From the NCBI GenBank assembly GCA_964019335.1, contig OZ025693.1, positions 1-64,000 on the forward strand: a stretch of 64,000 nucleotides of DNA, given 5' to 3'. The DNA is from Diplonema japonicum (Eukaryota; Protista; Euglenozoa: Diplonemea). Position numbers and translations under genes: made by a program. The notes below the pieces were generated by a model, which worked only from the letters and a program-made list of their open reading frames with translations, had not been told where the DNA came from and ran no database searches. Below, one piece after another: positions 24,487 through 36,927 of this stretch; within the stretch, counting starts at the first letter, position 1, and every line of letters starts with the position of its first letter.

Positions 24487-25172
24487 CTGAAGGAAGAAAA
24501 AGTTTGATGTGTATTTTTATTTTAACGAGTTCAAGCAAAAGGGTGGTTCGGAGCTGGCTGCGACAAGAGTCCCTAAAGCCAGAATGCCTCATACTCCGAG
24601 TGGGAGGCGCTGCCGAGGGAAATGGAAAAGAGGCGACCGTGGACAGCCCGTCGCAGGATATTAAAAACGACGTATTTTATCGGTAACTAGGGGGCCAAGA
24701 GTGACGTGTGAGAAGGGGGGAAAAAAAAAAAGGAAGAGGAAGATAAGGGGGTAGAAGAGTGAAGGGTAGTACGTCGGGGGGAAGGGGGGGGGGGCACGTG
24801 TTTTCGGTATTTACTAAATACAAACTGCATAGGGCAAAACAACACTCTCTCTCTTTTTTTTTTTTTTTTTTTTTTTCATTTCTTCGTTTCACATGTTTGC
24901 CTTGCTTTTTCTTTTCTTCTTGTTCTCTCTTTTTTTTTCTTCTTTTTTTTTTTCCCTTGGGAAAATGGGGAAAAAAAGAAGTCATGAAAAAAAAAAAAAA
25001 AAAGGAGCTGGAGGAGTGAAAGGAGGGAGGGGAGAGGGCTTTTTTTTTTTTTTTTTCTTCCTCTTTTTTCGCAAATAAAAATGAATAAAATATAACAATA
25101 AATGAAGTGAACAAAGAGAGTGGGGAAGGAGGGAGAAAAAAAAAAAGCAGACCATTTTGTAACTATTGGAGG

Positions 25173-25218
<46 letters not shown>

Positions 25219-25300
25219 CCATCCCAGTTGAAGACAGCCAACTACGAGGGAGGGAAGGGGAGGGTTTTCCATCCTCCCCGCTATTTCCTATATTTCTACC

Positions 25301-27403
25301 TCAATTTTTCCTCTTTGCGGTCTCAGCATCTTCGATTTCCTTGAGAAACTGTGCGCGCCGCTTTTCCTCTTCCAGTTTCTGGTTTTTCATCCAAGGAGAT
25401 TCCCCTTCCGTACCCTCCAAGCGGATTTCACCCTTTGTGTCAGACCCCGTTCGATTTTTCTTGATTGCGTCACGAAGGGCAGCGACCTCCTTGGACTCCT
25501 TTCGTGTGGTGCTGGTATGTTTAGAATTGGTTGTGGGACTGCTGGTTGGTGCTTCCTCTTTTTCAATTTCCTGGAGGAACGCCTCACGCCGGCGCTGCTC
25601 TTCATCATGCTGTTGTTGCATCCATGATGATGATGATGACACCCGTGGGCTTTCCTTGGAGTATCTTTTTTTGTCAGCTGACTTCTTCAGCACTTCTTTC
25701 AGTTTGTCTTGCGCTTCGATCTCCTCTATGAACTGCTGCCTTCTCTTCTCTTCCTCTTTCCCTTGTTTCGTCAAAAAGTTTTCAAGTGATTCTGAATTCT
25801 CCGTCGAGGCTGCCCGCTCTGTTTTTCCTTCTTGTTTTGTTTGCTTCCTTACTGTGTTCAGTTTCTCCCTCGCCTCGTTTCGTTCAATTTCTTGAAGAAA
25901 CTCCTGCCGCCGTCTCTGCTCCTCATCCTGCTGCTGCACCGTCCAGTCCCCAGCTGCCTCCTCCCCTTCCAGGATGTCGCCCTCGTTTGTCGTGACCGAC
26001 GTTCTGTTCTTTTTCAATACGCTGCGCAGCTCCTCCACCTCCTTGCTCACTTTTGATGATTTGCGCTTCTCTTTCCCCGGTTTTGGTTTTTGATTATTTC
26101 TTTCTTGTTCTTCGATCTCTTTCAAGAATTCCAACCGCCTCCTCTCCTCCTCATCCGCCTGCCGCTGCAGCCACCCGTTGTCCAACGACGTCTCCTCCTG
26201 CGTCACCCGTGGCGCTGACTGTCTTCTTTGTTTCAAGAGATTCACCTGTTTAGCACGCTCCGCTTCCTGCGAGCTTGCTTCCTGCTGCATCGACATGATC
26301 CTCCTGCTGATGCGGTTAGGGGAGGCCGACCCGTGCGACGAAGTGGGGCTGGTCTCGCCTTTCTTCTCCCATTTGAACTTATTCCAAATCGTAATTACAT
26401 CGTTGACGGTGAACCTCTTCGCTGCCGGTGCGGGCTGCATGTTCAGCACCTGCAGAGGAGTACCTGCCGCTGACTCCACTGCACTTGTGAACAGCGTCAC
26501 CGCGGACCTTACGTTGGTCCCCACACCTGTGGTGAGCTCCTTCACTCTAGCCAAGCACAACCGCAAGGCATAGGTGTTGCACGCCCATCCTTCTTCCTCT
26601 GTTAAGTCAGAGGAAACGCTTCGTATACTGCTTCTGCTGCTCCCGTTTAAAGGTGTTGGAGCCTTTTCCCCAGCGCTGCACGCCCTGGTTTCCCCCATCT
26701 TGAGCAAGGTGATACCCTTTGCTTTTGTGAAGAGAACGTGGTCGGCGGTCAAGTTCCAGTTGCACAAGCTACTCTTTTCGAGTTCGTTAAAGGCGTTAAG
26801 CAAGGACTCGATCAGCAGCAGCAGCTCGTTGGAATCGTCGCAGCTGCTTAGCTTGGCGAGGGAGGTGCCACGCTCATGAGAGACTACAGTTGCTGGGATG
26901 CCGCCGAGGCATGTGACCTCGTACAACCTGCACACGAAAGAATGTCCTGTGAGGGCCAGCAGTGTGTTGATCTCGTTATAGTAATACTGAGGTGTGTAGC
27001 AGTGCAGGCGTACCAGCACCTGCTCAGGATCTTTCCCGTTGGTCTTTCGCGCTGCTCTGATGACAACAACCCTCCCCACATGCATACAGTCTCCCAGTTC
27101 GTAGGTGACGTTGTTGGTTGTGATGCTAGAAGCCACGGGGCTCTCAGTTCCTTTTCCAGCAAACTTCCAGTCATCGCCTTCTTTCTGCACCCCTGCAGCT
27201 CGCAGCAGCCCCATGCCATCGTTGCCCCCTTTGATAGATCCCTTGCACACCTTGCTCGCCACATTCCTCTTCCCATCCTTCACGTGATTGCAGACTACTC
27301 GTAAGGCATAGAACAGTGGCGAGTCAGGGTCCACAAGACTGCTGACCTCCTTTGACCCGGCCACGGTGGGGGGGACTCTTCGCCATTCATCCCCGGCCTT
27401 CAT
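25301..27403 (-). CDS. Pseudokinase with possible N-terminal PUB-like region and C-terminal charged helical repeats
   Basis: Kinase-fold layout with HRD replaced by CNWNL and DFG by KMG; five W/FxxQQxxEExRRxxFLxEIE repeats. Confidence 0.7.
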   Translation of the reverse strand: MKAGDEWRRVPPTVAGSKEVSSLVDPDSPLFYALRVVCNHVKDGKRNVASKVCKGSIKGGNDGMGLLRAAGVQKEGDDWKFAGKGTESPVASSITTNNVTYELGDCMHVGRVVVIRAARKTNGKDPEQVLVRLHCYTPQYYYNEINTLLALTGHSFVCRLYEVTCLGGIPATVVSHERGTSLAKLSSCDDSNELLLLIESLLNAFNELEKSSLCNWNLTADHVLFTKAKGITLLKMGETRACSAGEKAPTPLNGSSRSSIRSVSSDLTEEEGWACNTYALRLCLARVKELTTGVGTNVRSAVTLFTSAVESAAGTPLQVLNMQPAPAAKRFTVNDVITIWNKFKWEKKGETSPTSSHGSASPNRISRRIMSMQQEASSQEAERAKQVNLLKQRRQSAPRVTQEETSLDNGWLQRQADEEERRRLEFLKEIEEQERNNQKPKPGKEKRKSSKVSKEVEELRSVLKKNRTSVTTNEGDILEGEEAAGDWTVQQQDEEQRRRQEFLQEIERNEAREKLNTVRKQTKQEGKTERAASTENSESLENFLTKQGKEEEKRRQQFIEEIEAQDKLKEVLKKSADKKRYSKESPRVSSSSSWMQQQHDEEQRRREAFLQEIEKEEAPTSSPTTNSKHTSTTRKESKEVAALRDAIKKNRTGSDTKGEIRLEGTEGESPWMKNQKLEEEKRRAQFLKEIEDAETAKRKN

Positions 27404-27483
27404 CTTCCTGTGTGCAGCGGTAATGAAGTGCTGGGACGACCAAGAAAAGCAAAGAAGCACAGAAGTGCTCAAAACCCCGGAGG

Positions 27484-30400
27484 TTAGGATATTGAAAGAC
27501 CGAGGTCGTGTTTGTAACTACTAGAATTGAGGGTCTTCACGTGCTTTTGCAATGCAGTGAGGGCTCTGGAGGATTGGGACCGCTTGGATTGCTGAAATAG
27601 CTGAACTGCAGCGGCTTTCTTCTGCATAACAAAAAGGGGCTCGGTGGAGAAGGTCACGACAGGCCAGGCTGGCTTGTGGGGGGGCTTCTGGCACACTGGG
27701 AGCACGGTGCGTGCTTCGTTGCGGAGGGCGAGGAAACCAGCGAAGGCCTTTCGCTCTACTTGGAATCTAGCCCAAACCTGCTTCACAAGCAACTTGTTCA
27801 GCTGTACGACACCACGCCAAGCCTGGTCCTCCCTGCGCTGCACTTGTATGCGGCCACCTGCTTGCTGGACTTCAAAGAACTCAGCTGTTTCCTGTAATAG
27901 TTGATTGAAACGGGGAAACATTGCATACTTGCACAATGACTTTGTTACGGGAGAACTCTTCCAAGTATCTCCAGTCCCTCTTGATCTCATTGCATATCCT
28001 GCGCAGCGTGTCGCTTTGGAGCCATAGGATTTCTTGTCTCTGCACGTACTCCATCGCCATAGCAGCTGTGTGGGCCATGGCTGCTTGGCTGTCACACAGC
28101 GCCATGTGTGCCTTTTCGTAACTGCCAAGGATCACAGCTTTTCCTTTGTAGTATTCTGCCATCAGGCTCGTCATCTGGCCATACGCATTTCGGGCTCGCT
28201 TCCCAATCCATATCTTCTGGATGGCCATGGCTGCACAGTGCCCGGGGCCGTCCTCCACCACTTGCACAACTTCTATCCGGCAAGCATGATGGAACTGGCC
28301 TGTCCTTCGATACTTTTCGAATTTCCCCATCGAGTACTCATTCCCTTTTATGAGCAGCAGCACTTCCGCCTCTGATGGATAGGTGCACCGTATCACTTTG
28401 CTGTGCGCGCGTACCCCGGGATGCGATGACAGTAATTGCTTCCAGTTCTTCAAAAGGCTTGTCTTGCTGTACCCTGTGCCGAGGATGCTGTAGAACATCG
28501 GCTTGCGCTGTGCTTCAAGCTTCGTTTTTTTGAAGTCTTGGGCAGTCATCAAGCACTTCCCGCCAGACAGGTCCACCCCCACCACTGCAATCTCGCCAAC
28601 GGCGTTGGAGCTGGCCATGATGCCGCATGAGTTGCGGAGCCTGCGCATCATCAACAATGCCACAGTGTTTATAAATATGCCCCCGTTGGCGAAGCCCTTC
28701 CCGCGCAGCATGCGGAGCATATAGTGGACCAGTACTCCACCGGCTCCCCTTACATATGAACCGAACAGACTCCCGCCTACTTGCTCGGTGCCGCCAAAGT
28801 ACACGAACCCTGACCCGCTGCCCTTCACAGGCAGGGCATCCACGATCCAGACGGGTCTGTACCCGCTCCCTGCCTGCATTGCTCCTAGCCGTACATTCTT
28901 GCTCTTGGCGGTATCTTCAAAACACACGTAATGATCTTGCTCCCCTTTAGACCACCCCCTTGTCTGCAGTACCACTAGAACTGTCCATTCCGACTCGCAC
29001 CGTGCCCTGCTCACCCGCACGGCCTCCGCAACGTTTGCTTGTGTAGGTGTGCCCCATGTTGTTGTGTTCGATGACACCAACACATCGCATGAGTACCCCA
29101 ATCCCTCGAACACCGTGAGAAGCTTCGTAGCGTCGTCCTCGCAGTGCTCAATGGGAAGGAGGCCCTCGTCATTAAAGTGCTCGACGCATATGATAACAAC
29201 GTGCAGCTTGTTCTGCTGTTTCTCTTGCAGGTACTTAATGTAGGCACTGCTGCCCGCCAGTGGGCACGACAAGGGCACATCCAGCATAGCCTTGACCCTC
29301 TGCTCCACTGGGTCCAGATCTGGTTCCACAGCCTCTGTTTGTTCGCCAAACATACTGTACATGCTTCGTGTTTTTAGATGCCTTTCACCCAGTCTTTCGT
29401 CATCGTGGAAATCTTCATTCCCGCTTATGCCATTCAGTCTTTCGGTAGTATGGCTGATGCTACTTCTGTTGCTTTGCTGACTCTTCTTTCTCTTGCTTTT
29501 GGGACTCTTAGGGGACTTGGGGGATTTGGGGCTTTTGGGGATCTTGAGGTTCTTGGGAGTAATCACCGATGTTGGCGTCTCACAGTACTCCCTCAGCGTG
29601 TCTTGCGTCAAGATGCTTATCACAGACACTGATTTCGCTTTCTTTTTGTGCCTTTTCTTGTCCTTCTTCTTGCCCGACTTCTTCAGTTTGGTCACATCAA
29701 CTGCGTCTTGTGATGAGGGCAACGCCACAGACACTGCTGAGGATAGCCTGGACCGTGCCGCTGATAGTTCCGAAGAGATGGGCTGGTACACCTCAAGGGC
29801 ACCAAGGTCAAAGATATCTGTCCTCTCCAACTCCTCCGTGTAGTGCGATTCACAATCTTCGTACACTGGTTCTTCTTCCACCGCTTGCTTTTGTTCAGTA
29901 GGAACAGACACGTCTGGTGTACGAAGGTCAGGCAAAGGCAAAACGCGGCTTGCAGGCGGGAGGGGTCTAGGTGATGGCATGGGAACTTGCTTGCGTACAT
30001 CGTGTGTTGCGTCAACGTCAAGTGCAGCGAGGGTCTCAACCGGCTTGGGGCATACAGGAGCGACACGGGTTTTCTTCGCCTGTGCTTCCCGTGGACCTTT
30101 ATGCGAGCTTTGAATAACGGGTATTGCGACAGGTCTTTTGCTCTTATGTGGTTTCGGCTTGTTTTTAGCCTTTTCTTCGATCTGCGGGATGCTCGGTTTC
30201 TCTTTGACTTCGGGTGCACATGGCATAAGGCTAGGAAGCTCGATCTGCTCCTCATACCTTGGCGTCCATGCACTGGGTGCATCGACATGATCGGGTAGCC
30301 TGGTGACTGCGCTGGCAACGAGAATCGAGCAGCAGCTGGCGAAGATTCCAACTGTTGCGTAGCTTGTGATCCATAGCATGGACTGGTGTGTGATACCTGC

Positions 30401-31078
30401 GTTGAGCAGCGTGGACGAACCACGCAAAGGAATATTGGAGCCCATAGTGTACAAGAGTTGCTGCTCAACCTTAATGTGTGTGAAGCGTGCTGCCTGCTGC
30501 ATCAAAAGCTGCACTCTGTGCACTTCCGGATGCACATCCCTGAGCGACAGCACGTAGCCCTTCCCGTAGCCGTGCACGATTATCCGCATCACGTTGCTCT
30601 TCACAGCAGGAAGAGCCCCGTCCTCCGCCTCTTTCTCGGCGGGGGGCTCCTGCCTCACCTTCTTGCATGGGGGTATAACCTGTGCTGCAGCCAACGGTTT
30701 CCCCAGCGACCTGAGGCATGCAATCGGGAATGCCAGGCACTGTTGGTGGTCACGCTTTTTCTGTACCTCAAAGTACCCTAAGTACGTCGCGACTGTGCTT
30801 TCCACAGTACCCATCAGGTCCAGCATTGTAGCGTGCCGTACATCACACATCACCTGCTCCACTTCCTTCTCAGGTACTTCCTTCGACTCTTTCCATCTTA
30901 CCATCGCCTCAAGGCCTTCTTCCCTCTGCGCGCACAACGGCTTCGTGCTGTACCCTGCGACACGGGGCACACGCAAGCATATCTTACTATCAGCAGGCAC
31001 ATACTGCTTGCCTGTCTGGAGCATGGCGGAAAAGGCATTTGTTTCGCGCATGAAGCCCCGCCGCGGTTCCAGATGCAT
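27484..31078 (-). CDS. Large protein: ubiquitin-like domain, low-complexity linker, inactive caspase-like (C14) domain, IQ motif; intron 27892-27928
   Basis: Ubl-like IKVEQQLLY..STLLNAGITHQSML; C14-like VVIICVEHF..CEDDATKL..LGY..PTQANV..VVLQTRG..IVDAL; IQ AIQKIWIGKRAR; a 37-nt GTATGC..TACAG intron joins the 27484 ORF. Confidence 0.75.
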
Positions 31079-31143
31079 ATATGCTTGTGTAACCTGTGTG
31101 GCTTCATGAGGAGCAGACGCAGATGTTGTGGACTCTATTACAT

Positions 31144-32275
31144 CTAGTTTATATTTATTATTCGCTGTTGCTCTGTAGGCTTGGGCACCACGTGCGCGGC
31201 GATGGTGTCGAGGGTCGCCTGCAGCGAGGTGACGGAGGCCTGCAGCTGGCTGACGTCGTACTGCAGGGAGGCGTGGGCACGACGTACCTCCGACTGGACG
31301 AGGGCTTGGAGGATGGAGGTTTCTGTCTCAAGAAGCTGTGGGAGATCGGAAGGAGTTGTGCTAACAGTGGAGGAAGTAGCCTCGTAGCCGGGGAGGGACC
31401 TCAATATGGTCATTATGGCTCTCCTGTCGGAGAGGGAAAGTACTTTCAGCTCATTTTGCAGGTCAGCAGATGTGAGCGTAAGCAAAGTAGGCCCGTCGAC
31501 CTCATTCCTCACAAAGGCGGCCGCGTGTTTTGCCATCCCATTCTGGACCAGCCACTTCTGAACCTTGTCAACAGACCATCTCGTCACGTCCAGACCATCG
31601 CCCCCGACACTGCTTGCGGTGCTGGTGTTCAACGACCTTATTCCAGCTGCTGTCGCAGCCTTCCGGGTCACAGGCCGCTCATCCCTTGCAACTGAAGACT
31701 CGAACACAGACTTGTGCTCTTCCCTCGCCGTAGCCGGTTTGTATTCATCCCTTGAAGAGAGCGGCCTGTGGTCCTCGCGGGCTGGCTTGTGCTCCTCTCG
31801 CAGCACGGACTTGTGTTCCTCCCTCAAGCTAGACACTGACCTGTATTCATCCCTTGTGTGGGATGTCAGCCTGTGATCCTGCAGAAGCCTCCCATAGTCC
31901 TCTCGTAGCGCCGGTTTTTGCTCTTCTCTAGCTGAAGGCTGTCTGTGTTCAACTTGTCTGTGGTCCTCTCGCAGCACTGACTTGTGCTCATCTCGTGCAG
32001 AGACGTTGATCTATGGATTGTATTGTAGCGTAGTGGTGCCATACCAGGTTTTCTCTTTCCCGTTCTCTTTCCCTTTCCCTCTCTCTGCCGTATCCGCCTC
32101 GAGGTGTAATCCCGTCTACGGCACTGCTGACGCTGATGCCACTGCTGTAATTCCTCCTCGTGGAACCAAGGCCGCTGATCTGCTCCCGAGAACGTTGCAG
32201 CACGCGCTCCCGTTCCTTCTCACGCTCTCTGTCCCGCTCCCGCTCCCGCTCCCTTTCCCGTTCTATCCTGTGCAT
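31144..32275 (-). CDS. SAM-domain protein with RE dipeptide and REDH/REEH repeats; intron 32011-32044
   Basis: SAM WSVDKVQKWL..FVRNEVDGPTLLTLTSADLQNELKV; a 34-nt GTATGG..CCATAG intron joins the 31988 and 31144 ORFs in frame. Confidence 0.8.
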
Positions 32276-32374
32276 CGTCCTTAAGTTCTAACCTGTAAGT
32301 AAACATACACACCCTCTTTGCAATAAAAGAAGAAACGAAAAAACGGAGGAAAAAAAAGAGACACGAGCACATGT

Positions 32375-33712
32375 CTATTTAAGCAGCCTGGCGATTCTTG
32401 AAGCGAGCTTTGGGCTCGTGAATATTTTGCGCACGCTGAGAAGCTCCCGCCGGGAGAAGGCGTTCAAAGCACTGGTGGTCGAGAGGGCTTTGGCGATCTT
32501 CCCAATCATGGAGGTGTTCTTCTGTTTGTAAGCCTCGACAGCGAGGCCTGAAAGGGTCTTCCCATCGTATTTTGAAAGGGGAACCTTGAGTGCAAATGAA
32601 GTGTTATACGACACCTTCATAGCTGCCATAGCGGTGAAGGCAAGGAGGCGCGGGGGGAGGGGGTCGGTTTTGTTCCTGTGGTAAAGATGAGAATCGATTA
32701 GTTTAACGGAAGGGTACCGCCCGGCAACGCCGTACGACCAGATGATGTTGCAGAGCTGCTTGTCAGTGGCGGCACTTAAAATGCTCTCACACGGCGCCAC
32801 CCCAAAGACAGACTCATGATAAACCCCAACACACGCGAAACCCCATACAATGTTTGCATAGTCCAAAGGCTTATCCATATACATTCTTGCAAAATATGCA
32901 ACATGATTATAAAACCCAGGGGCTCTGATACGCGCGTTGCCAAGCGCCCACATCAGAATCGGAAGATGCACGTCGGGGTTGCACTCAACAGCAAGCTGTT
33001 CCATCAGCATGGTCCACACCTGGTGATCCTGTGCTGTCTTGACCTTACTATAAGCCCATGAAATGAGTGCGATGTCTTTAAAGGTGCATCCTTGTAGACC
33101 AGTTCGCAGTAATGAGTTGTTGAAGTTATTTCCGACGAAGTTGGCGGACAGCTTCACGCTGCAGTGTATCAGCGATGCTAGCTCACGGCCGGAATGGGAT
33201 GCTCGGAGGGGTTCCTGCAGCAATGATGCACCACGTTCCCGCAAACGGTGTTTTGAGTATGTCTCGAGCAACCGTGTTACATCACTCGACGAGAAGGATC
33301 TAACCTTCGGAAGGGTTAATGACGGTGCGATGCAATGCGGAGGCTCGCGAAGCTTCAACAATGAATCAAGGACACTGACACGATCGGGGTGTGAAAGCGT
33401 CATACCAGGTATTCTGGATGTTGCAAAGAGAATCAGTCTTTTCGTGTCCTCGTTTTTAGCTTCGTTTCTGTATTTCACGGCCAAGCTGAGGCTTATGCTT
33501 AGGTCGTAAGGCGACAGGCTGCCCGAGGATTCGTATCTCCTTGCTGCTGTGAAAGCATCGGGGATGCTGTTGACGGACCCCCATTTCGCTTCTCTTTTCT
33601 TCCTCTCCACGATATTTTTTGTCCTCGTCTCCTCTGTGCTGTGTTGATGTGCCTTAAGCACCTCGTCCACTATTCTCCTAGCAACGTCGCTGGGGGTGAA
33701 CGTGCTCGGCAT
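32375..33712 (-). CDS. Helical-repeat (OPR/FASTK-like) protein, probably organellar RNA-binding
   Basis: Recurrent motifs DIALISWAYSKV, LPILMWALGNA, DYANIVWGFACV, QLCNIIWSYGVA spaced ~35-38 aa apart. Confidence 0.65.
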   Translation of the reverse strand: MPSTFTPSDVARRIVDEVLKAHQHSTEETRTKNIVERKKREAKWGSVNSIPDAFTAARRYESSGSLSPYDLSISLSLAVKYRNEAKNEDTKRLILFATSRIPGMTLSHPDRVSVLDSLLKLREPPHCIAPSLTLPKVRSFSSSDVTRLLETYSKHRLRERGASLLQEPLRASHSGRELASLIHCSVKLSANFVGNNFNNSLLRTGLQGCTFKDIALISWAYSKVKTAQDHQVWTMLMEQLAVECNPDVHLPILMWALGNARIRAPGFYNHVAYFARMYMDKPLDYANIVWGFACVGVYHESVFGVAPCESILSAATDKQLCNIIWSYGVAGRYPSVKLIDSHLYHRNKTDPLPPRLLAFTAMAAMKVSYNTSFALKVPLSKYDGKTLSGLAVEAYKQKNTSMIGKIAKALSTTSALNAFSRRELLSVRKIFTSPKLASRIARLLK

Positions 33713-33799
33713 TTGTTCAATGTTCTATCTCCATCGTTCTTTGTTCTCTTTTTTATTTTTTTCTTCTCCCTCCTTGGATCTTTGGGGTGGGGGAGATAC

Positions 33800-33849
33800 G
33801 AGATAAAAGGAGGCCAATGTTGGTGGCGCCCTGCACAAGCACTGTGTAC
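33800..33849 (-). mobile_element. Degenerate 3'-tail relic (type B) of the SINE-like repeat
   Basis: aaaggaggccaatgttggtggcgccctgcacaagcactgtgtac resembles aaaggaggccggtgttggcggcgccctgcacaagaactgtctac (48444-48487). Confidence 0.7.
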
Positions 33850-34791
33850 GGGCTGGCAAAAGCATAATAGAACAGGAAAGTATATAAAAAAAAAATAGGG
33901 AAAAAAAAGCTATAAAAGGGGGAAAAAAAAGACGGGCTGGCAGAGCCCATTATTGGGAGATAACAAAAGAAAATCGAGGGGCGGGGGGCGGGGGGGGGAG
34001 GGGAAGCGAGAGTGAGCACGAGAGACCTATGTTAAAAAAAGATAATAACAAAAAAAAAAAAAATTCCCCCCTTTCCCTTCCCTTCCCTCTCACCAAATCT
34101 CTTTATCCACACAACAAGCACGCGGTACATTTTCGCTCACACATTACCACACCCTTCTTTCTAAAAGGGAAGAATAAAATACACAAACAAATAAAAGGAG
34201 AGGGGCGTCAGGGGCTTAGGGTACTATCACGTGTGGTATTGACAGCTATCCATCCTTGTTCTTCGTTCTTTGCTGCCATAAGCACTTTGAAATCCCACAA
34301 GGCTATAACAAAAATAAAGGCCCTCTCACTTTTTTCCTCGTTTTCATTATCAGGCTAGAAGAATGGATCAGCCCCTTCCCTCCTTTTAAATTTTGATTTC
34401 TTTGCCAGTTATTTATTTAACATTTTCTTTTTTGGTTTAAGGGGGGCTTTTGAGATGGGGATGGGGGGGGGATTTCTTTTTTTTTTTCCTTCCCTCCCCT
34501 AAAAATAGGAGTAGTACAAACTGCTCCCTTAATTTCTTTTTTCCTTTTTTAAAATTTCCCGAATGTTCGTCCTAATTGCCACCTTCTTCTTTTTTTTTTT
34601 CCCGCCCCCTCTTTTTTTGTTTTTCTTTCTTTGAGCAAAGCAAGGATAAAAAAAAAAAAAAACATGATGGGAGCAACGACCCCACCACAGAAAAAAAAAA
34701 ATAACGGATTGAAACGAATCTTTTTTTTTTTATTCCCCATTTTCCTCTTTGCTTTTCTAAAAATCTTCTTTCCCAAAAAAAAAAAAGAAAA

Positions 34792-35127
34792 CTCAAAGTA
34801 CAGGACAAGCCCCCCGCTAGAGGGCCGCCCTATGGGAGGGGGGGGTCTATCTGTTAATACTCCCCTTCTGGAGCATTGCTTTCATCCCGATTGAAGCCGT
34901 GAGCGTCTTGTGGAGTCGTGTGATGCGGTCCCGCTTGTAGTCGGCTTTCAATTCCATTAGCTTGTCGTGCGTGGAGCGGGTGGCGAAAATAGGCCTCCTG
35001 GAGAAACCAATAGCTGCCTTTCCTCCAATGGCGATGAGGGACTTCACTCTTTTTCTCTCGTCCGCTGGGAAGGGGCGTCGCTTCTTCCGTGCCCTGCATG
35101 CTGTATTTATCTTTACGATGAGAGCTT
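34792..35127 (-). mobile_element. 5'-truncated LINE family 2, 3' end, copy 1
   Basis: Near-identical to 63301-63635; encodes ..PFPADERKRVKSLIAIGGKAAIGFSRRPIF.., homologous to the C-terminus of the 44-kb RT ORF (AFPANAKSRVHTLRHLGGPTAHGYDRRPLF). Confidence 0.85.
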
Positions 35128-35263
35128 CCCGGCGAAAAAGGGTAGGTGGCAAAGAATTAAATTAAAAAGAAACACTGCATATCGAATGTCACTGCTTTCT
35201 TTTTTTTTTTTTTTTTTTTTTTTGGGATAGAACGATGATTTTTTTTGTTTCTTTTTTTTTTTT

Positions 35264-36748
35264 CTAAAGGTTTTCCGCAGTACCGTAACCAGCCTGATTC
35301 TGAGCGGCTTGTGAAAGACCACCACTGTTTTTTTTTTTTTTCCTTTCCCCCTCCCCCCCTTTATCTTCATACCTCTGTTCCGCCGGATCAAAAGGTGCCG
35401 GTGCATACTTATCACTGTACACAGCGTACCCTGTTTGCCCACCCATGATCTTTGCCTTGAGGAAGTCCAGCCCCTCAGACATAAGCTTCGGCAGCTCCAT
35501 CCACCATGTGTGGTTGGGCATGAGCTCAGGGCAACCTCTAGCCCCATTGGTGTACTTGAAGGCTACGCCAAAGATGCAGTAGGTGGCACCCAGTGAGAAG
35601 AACAAAACAAGGAACACACCCCCCCCTGTCAGGGAGTCGTCGTTGCTGCCGCTCGGCGGTGGGGTGAAGCTGACCGCCGTGAAGTCCATTTTGACAGAGA
35701 CCCCACAGGTCCTCGGGTACTGGCCTATGTCCGAGCAGTCTTGAGAGCAGCAGTAGTCCCCGTCACATGCACCCTCCCGGTTGCACATCTGGTACCCCTC
35801 CATGCACATTTGAATGCCGTCCTTGTCCTTACAGCATGAAGGGTCAGCCGTCCCGTTGCACTCAATGCCGTTCTTGCAAGCAAGCATGTCCGGCGCTCCA
35901 CTTGTGTCTCTGAAGGGACACACGGTGCCCGCCACAGGGGGCGACGCCTTCCAGTCCACAATGATGTCGCTTGTCTCCATCACGGTGAAGGTGAAGTTGG
36001 TTGGGTTCTTCGTCAAAAACACCCTTTTGACCTTCGAGAGGTCGGGTCCCGATAGGGCGCCTACCTTAGGAATGTCCCCAGACGGGAAGCTACCGGGCGT
36101 GATCGTGACACTGGTTTATTTTTATTTTACTTTTTTTTCCCTCATACAGCACGCCCTCATCGGGGCCTTTTGGAACCTGCACGTTCCAACCAGAAGTCGT
36201 ACGGCTTGCCAGCGAACCTAGCATGATGTAGATCTCGCCCCTGAAGGAGGTGTCGGGGAGGTGGTTGACCGCATCGGTGGCGGTGAAGGAAGGCGGGTCC
36301 ACGTCACTGCCCGCCTCGTACGCGTTGACCATGTAGTTCACGGGGCTCGGGGAAGAGGCTGCGAGCTTCACGCTCAGCTGGAAATGCGTGCCAGGAACGT
36401 ACTGAGTGTTCTGGATGAAGACAGAAAGACTGGTTGCGAACTGCACCTTCGTCGTGTTCATGTTGGTCACCGTGAATTCTGTTCGTGTGTTGTGTCACCT
36501 CTCATGACATACCAAGGCCAGGGACGGCCAATGAGGCCGGAATGGGCATCACATCGAACACGAGAGAGTTCGGTGTCGCGACCTCATCGTATACCAAGGT
36601 GTATAGCTGTTCCCCGTCAGGGGATATGGTCGCTGACTCGGGGACACTTATTTTCACTGTTTAGTGTAGGTAAGAAAATGGGGTGGGGACACATACACGC
36701 ACTGACTTGCGCGGCCACCACCGCTACTACTGCCATTCGAAAGGCCAT
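35264..36748 (-). CDS. Type I membrane protein with Cys-rich module and ATG27/CD-M6PR-like TM and cytoplasmic tail; introns 36657-36698, 36479-36512, 36111-36147, 35325-35372
   Basis: Signal peptide MAFRMAVVAVVAAQ; four GT-AG introns give one frame; GGVFLVLFF..YCIFG..Y..GARG.ELMPNHTWWMELPKLMSEGLDF tail motif. Confidence 0.7.
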
Positions 36749-36927
36749 GTTGCTCCCCTGTCCTGTTTAATGTCTTTCCGAGTTGTTTCTTTTTCATTAA
36801 ATTAGTATTTTCTTTTCTTTTCCATTCGTTCTACTCATAACAAAGGGATGGGAGGGGGTGGGGGAAAATAGTACAATCTAACTTAAAGAAGAACGACGGG
36901 GGATGTTGATGAGGACGCGCAACGACC

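Noticed and set aside
34795-34803. CTGTACTTT at the LINE2 3' end, resembling the 3' part of the euglenozoan spliced leader
   Set aside because: Only a 9-nt match to a sequence recalled from memory; the rest of the SL is absent
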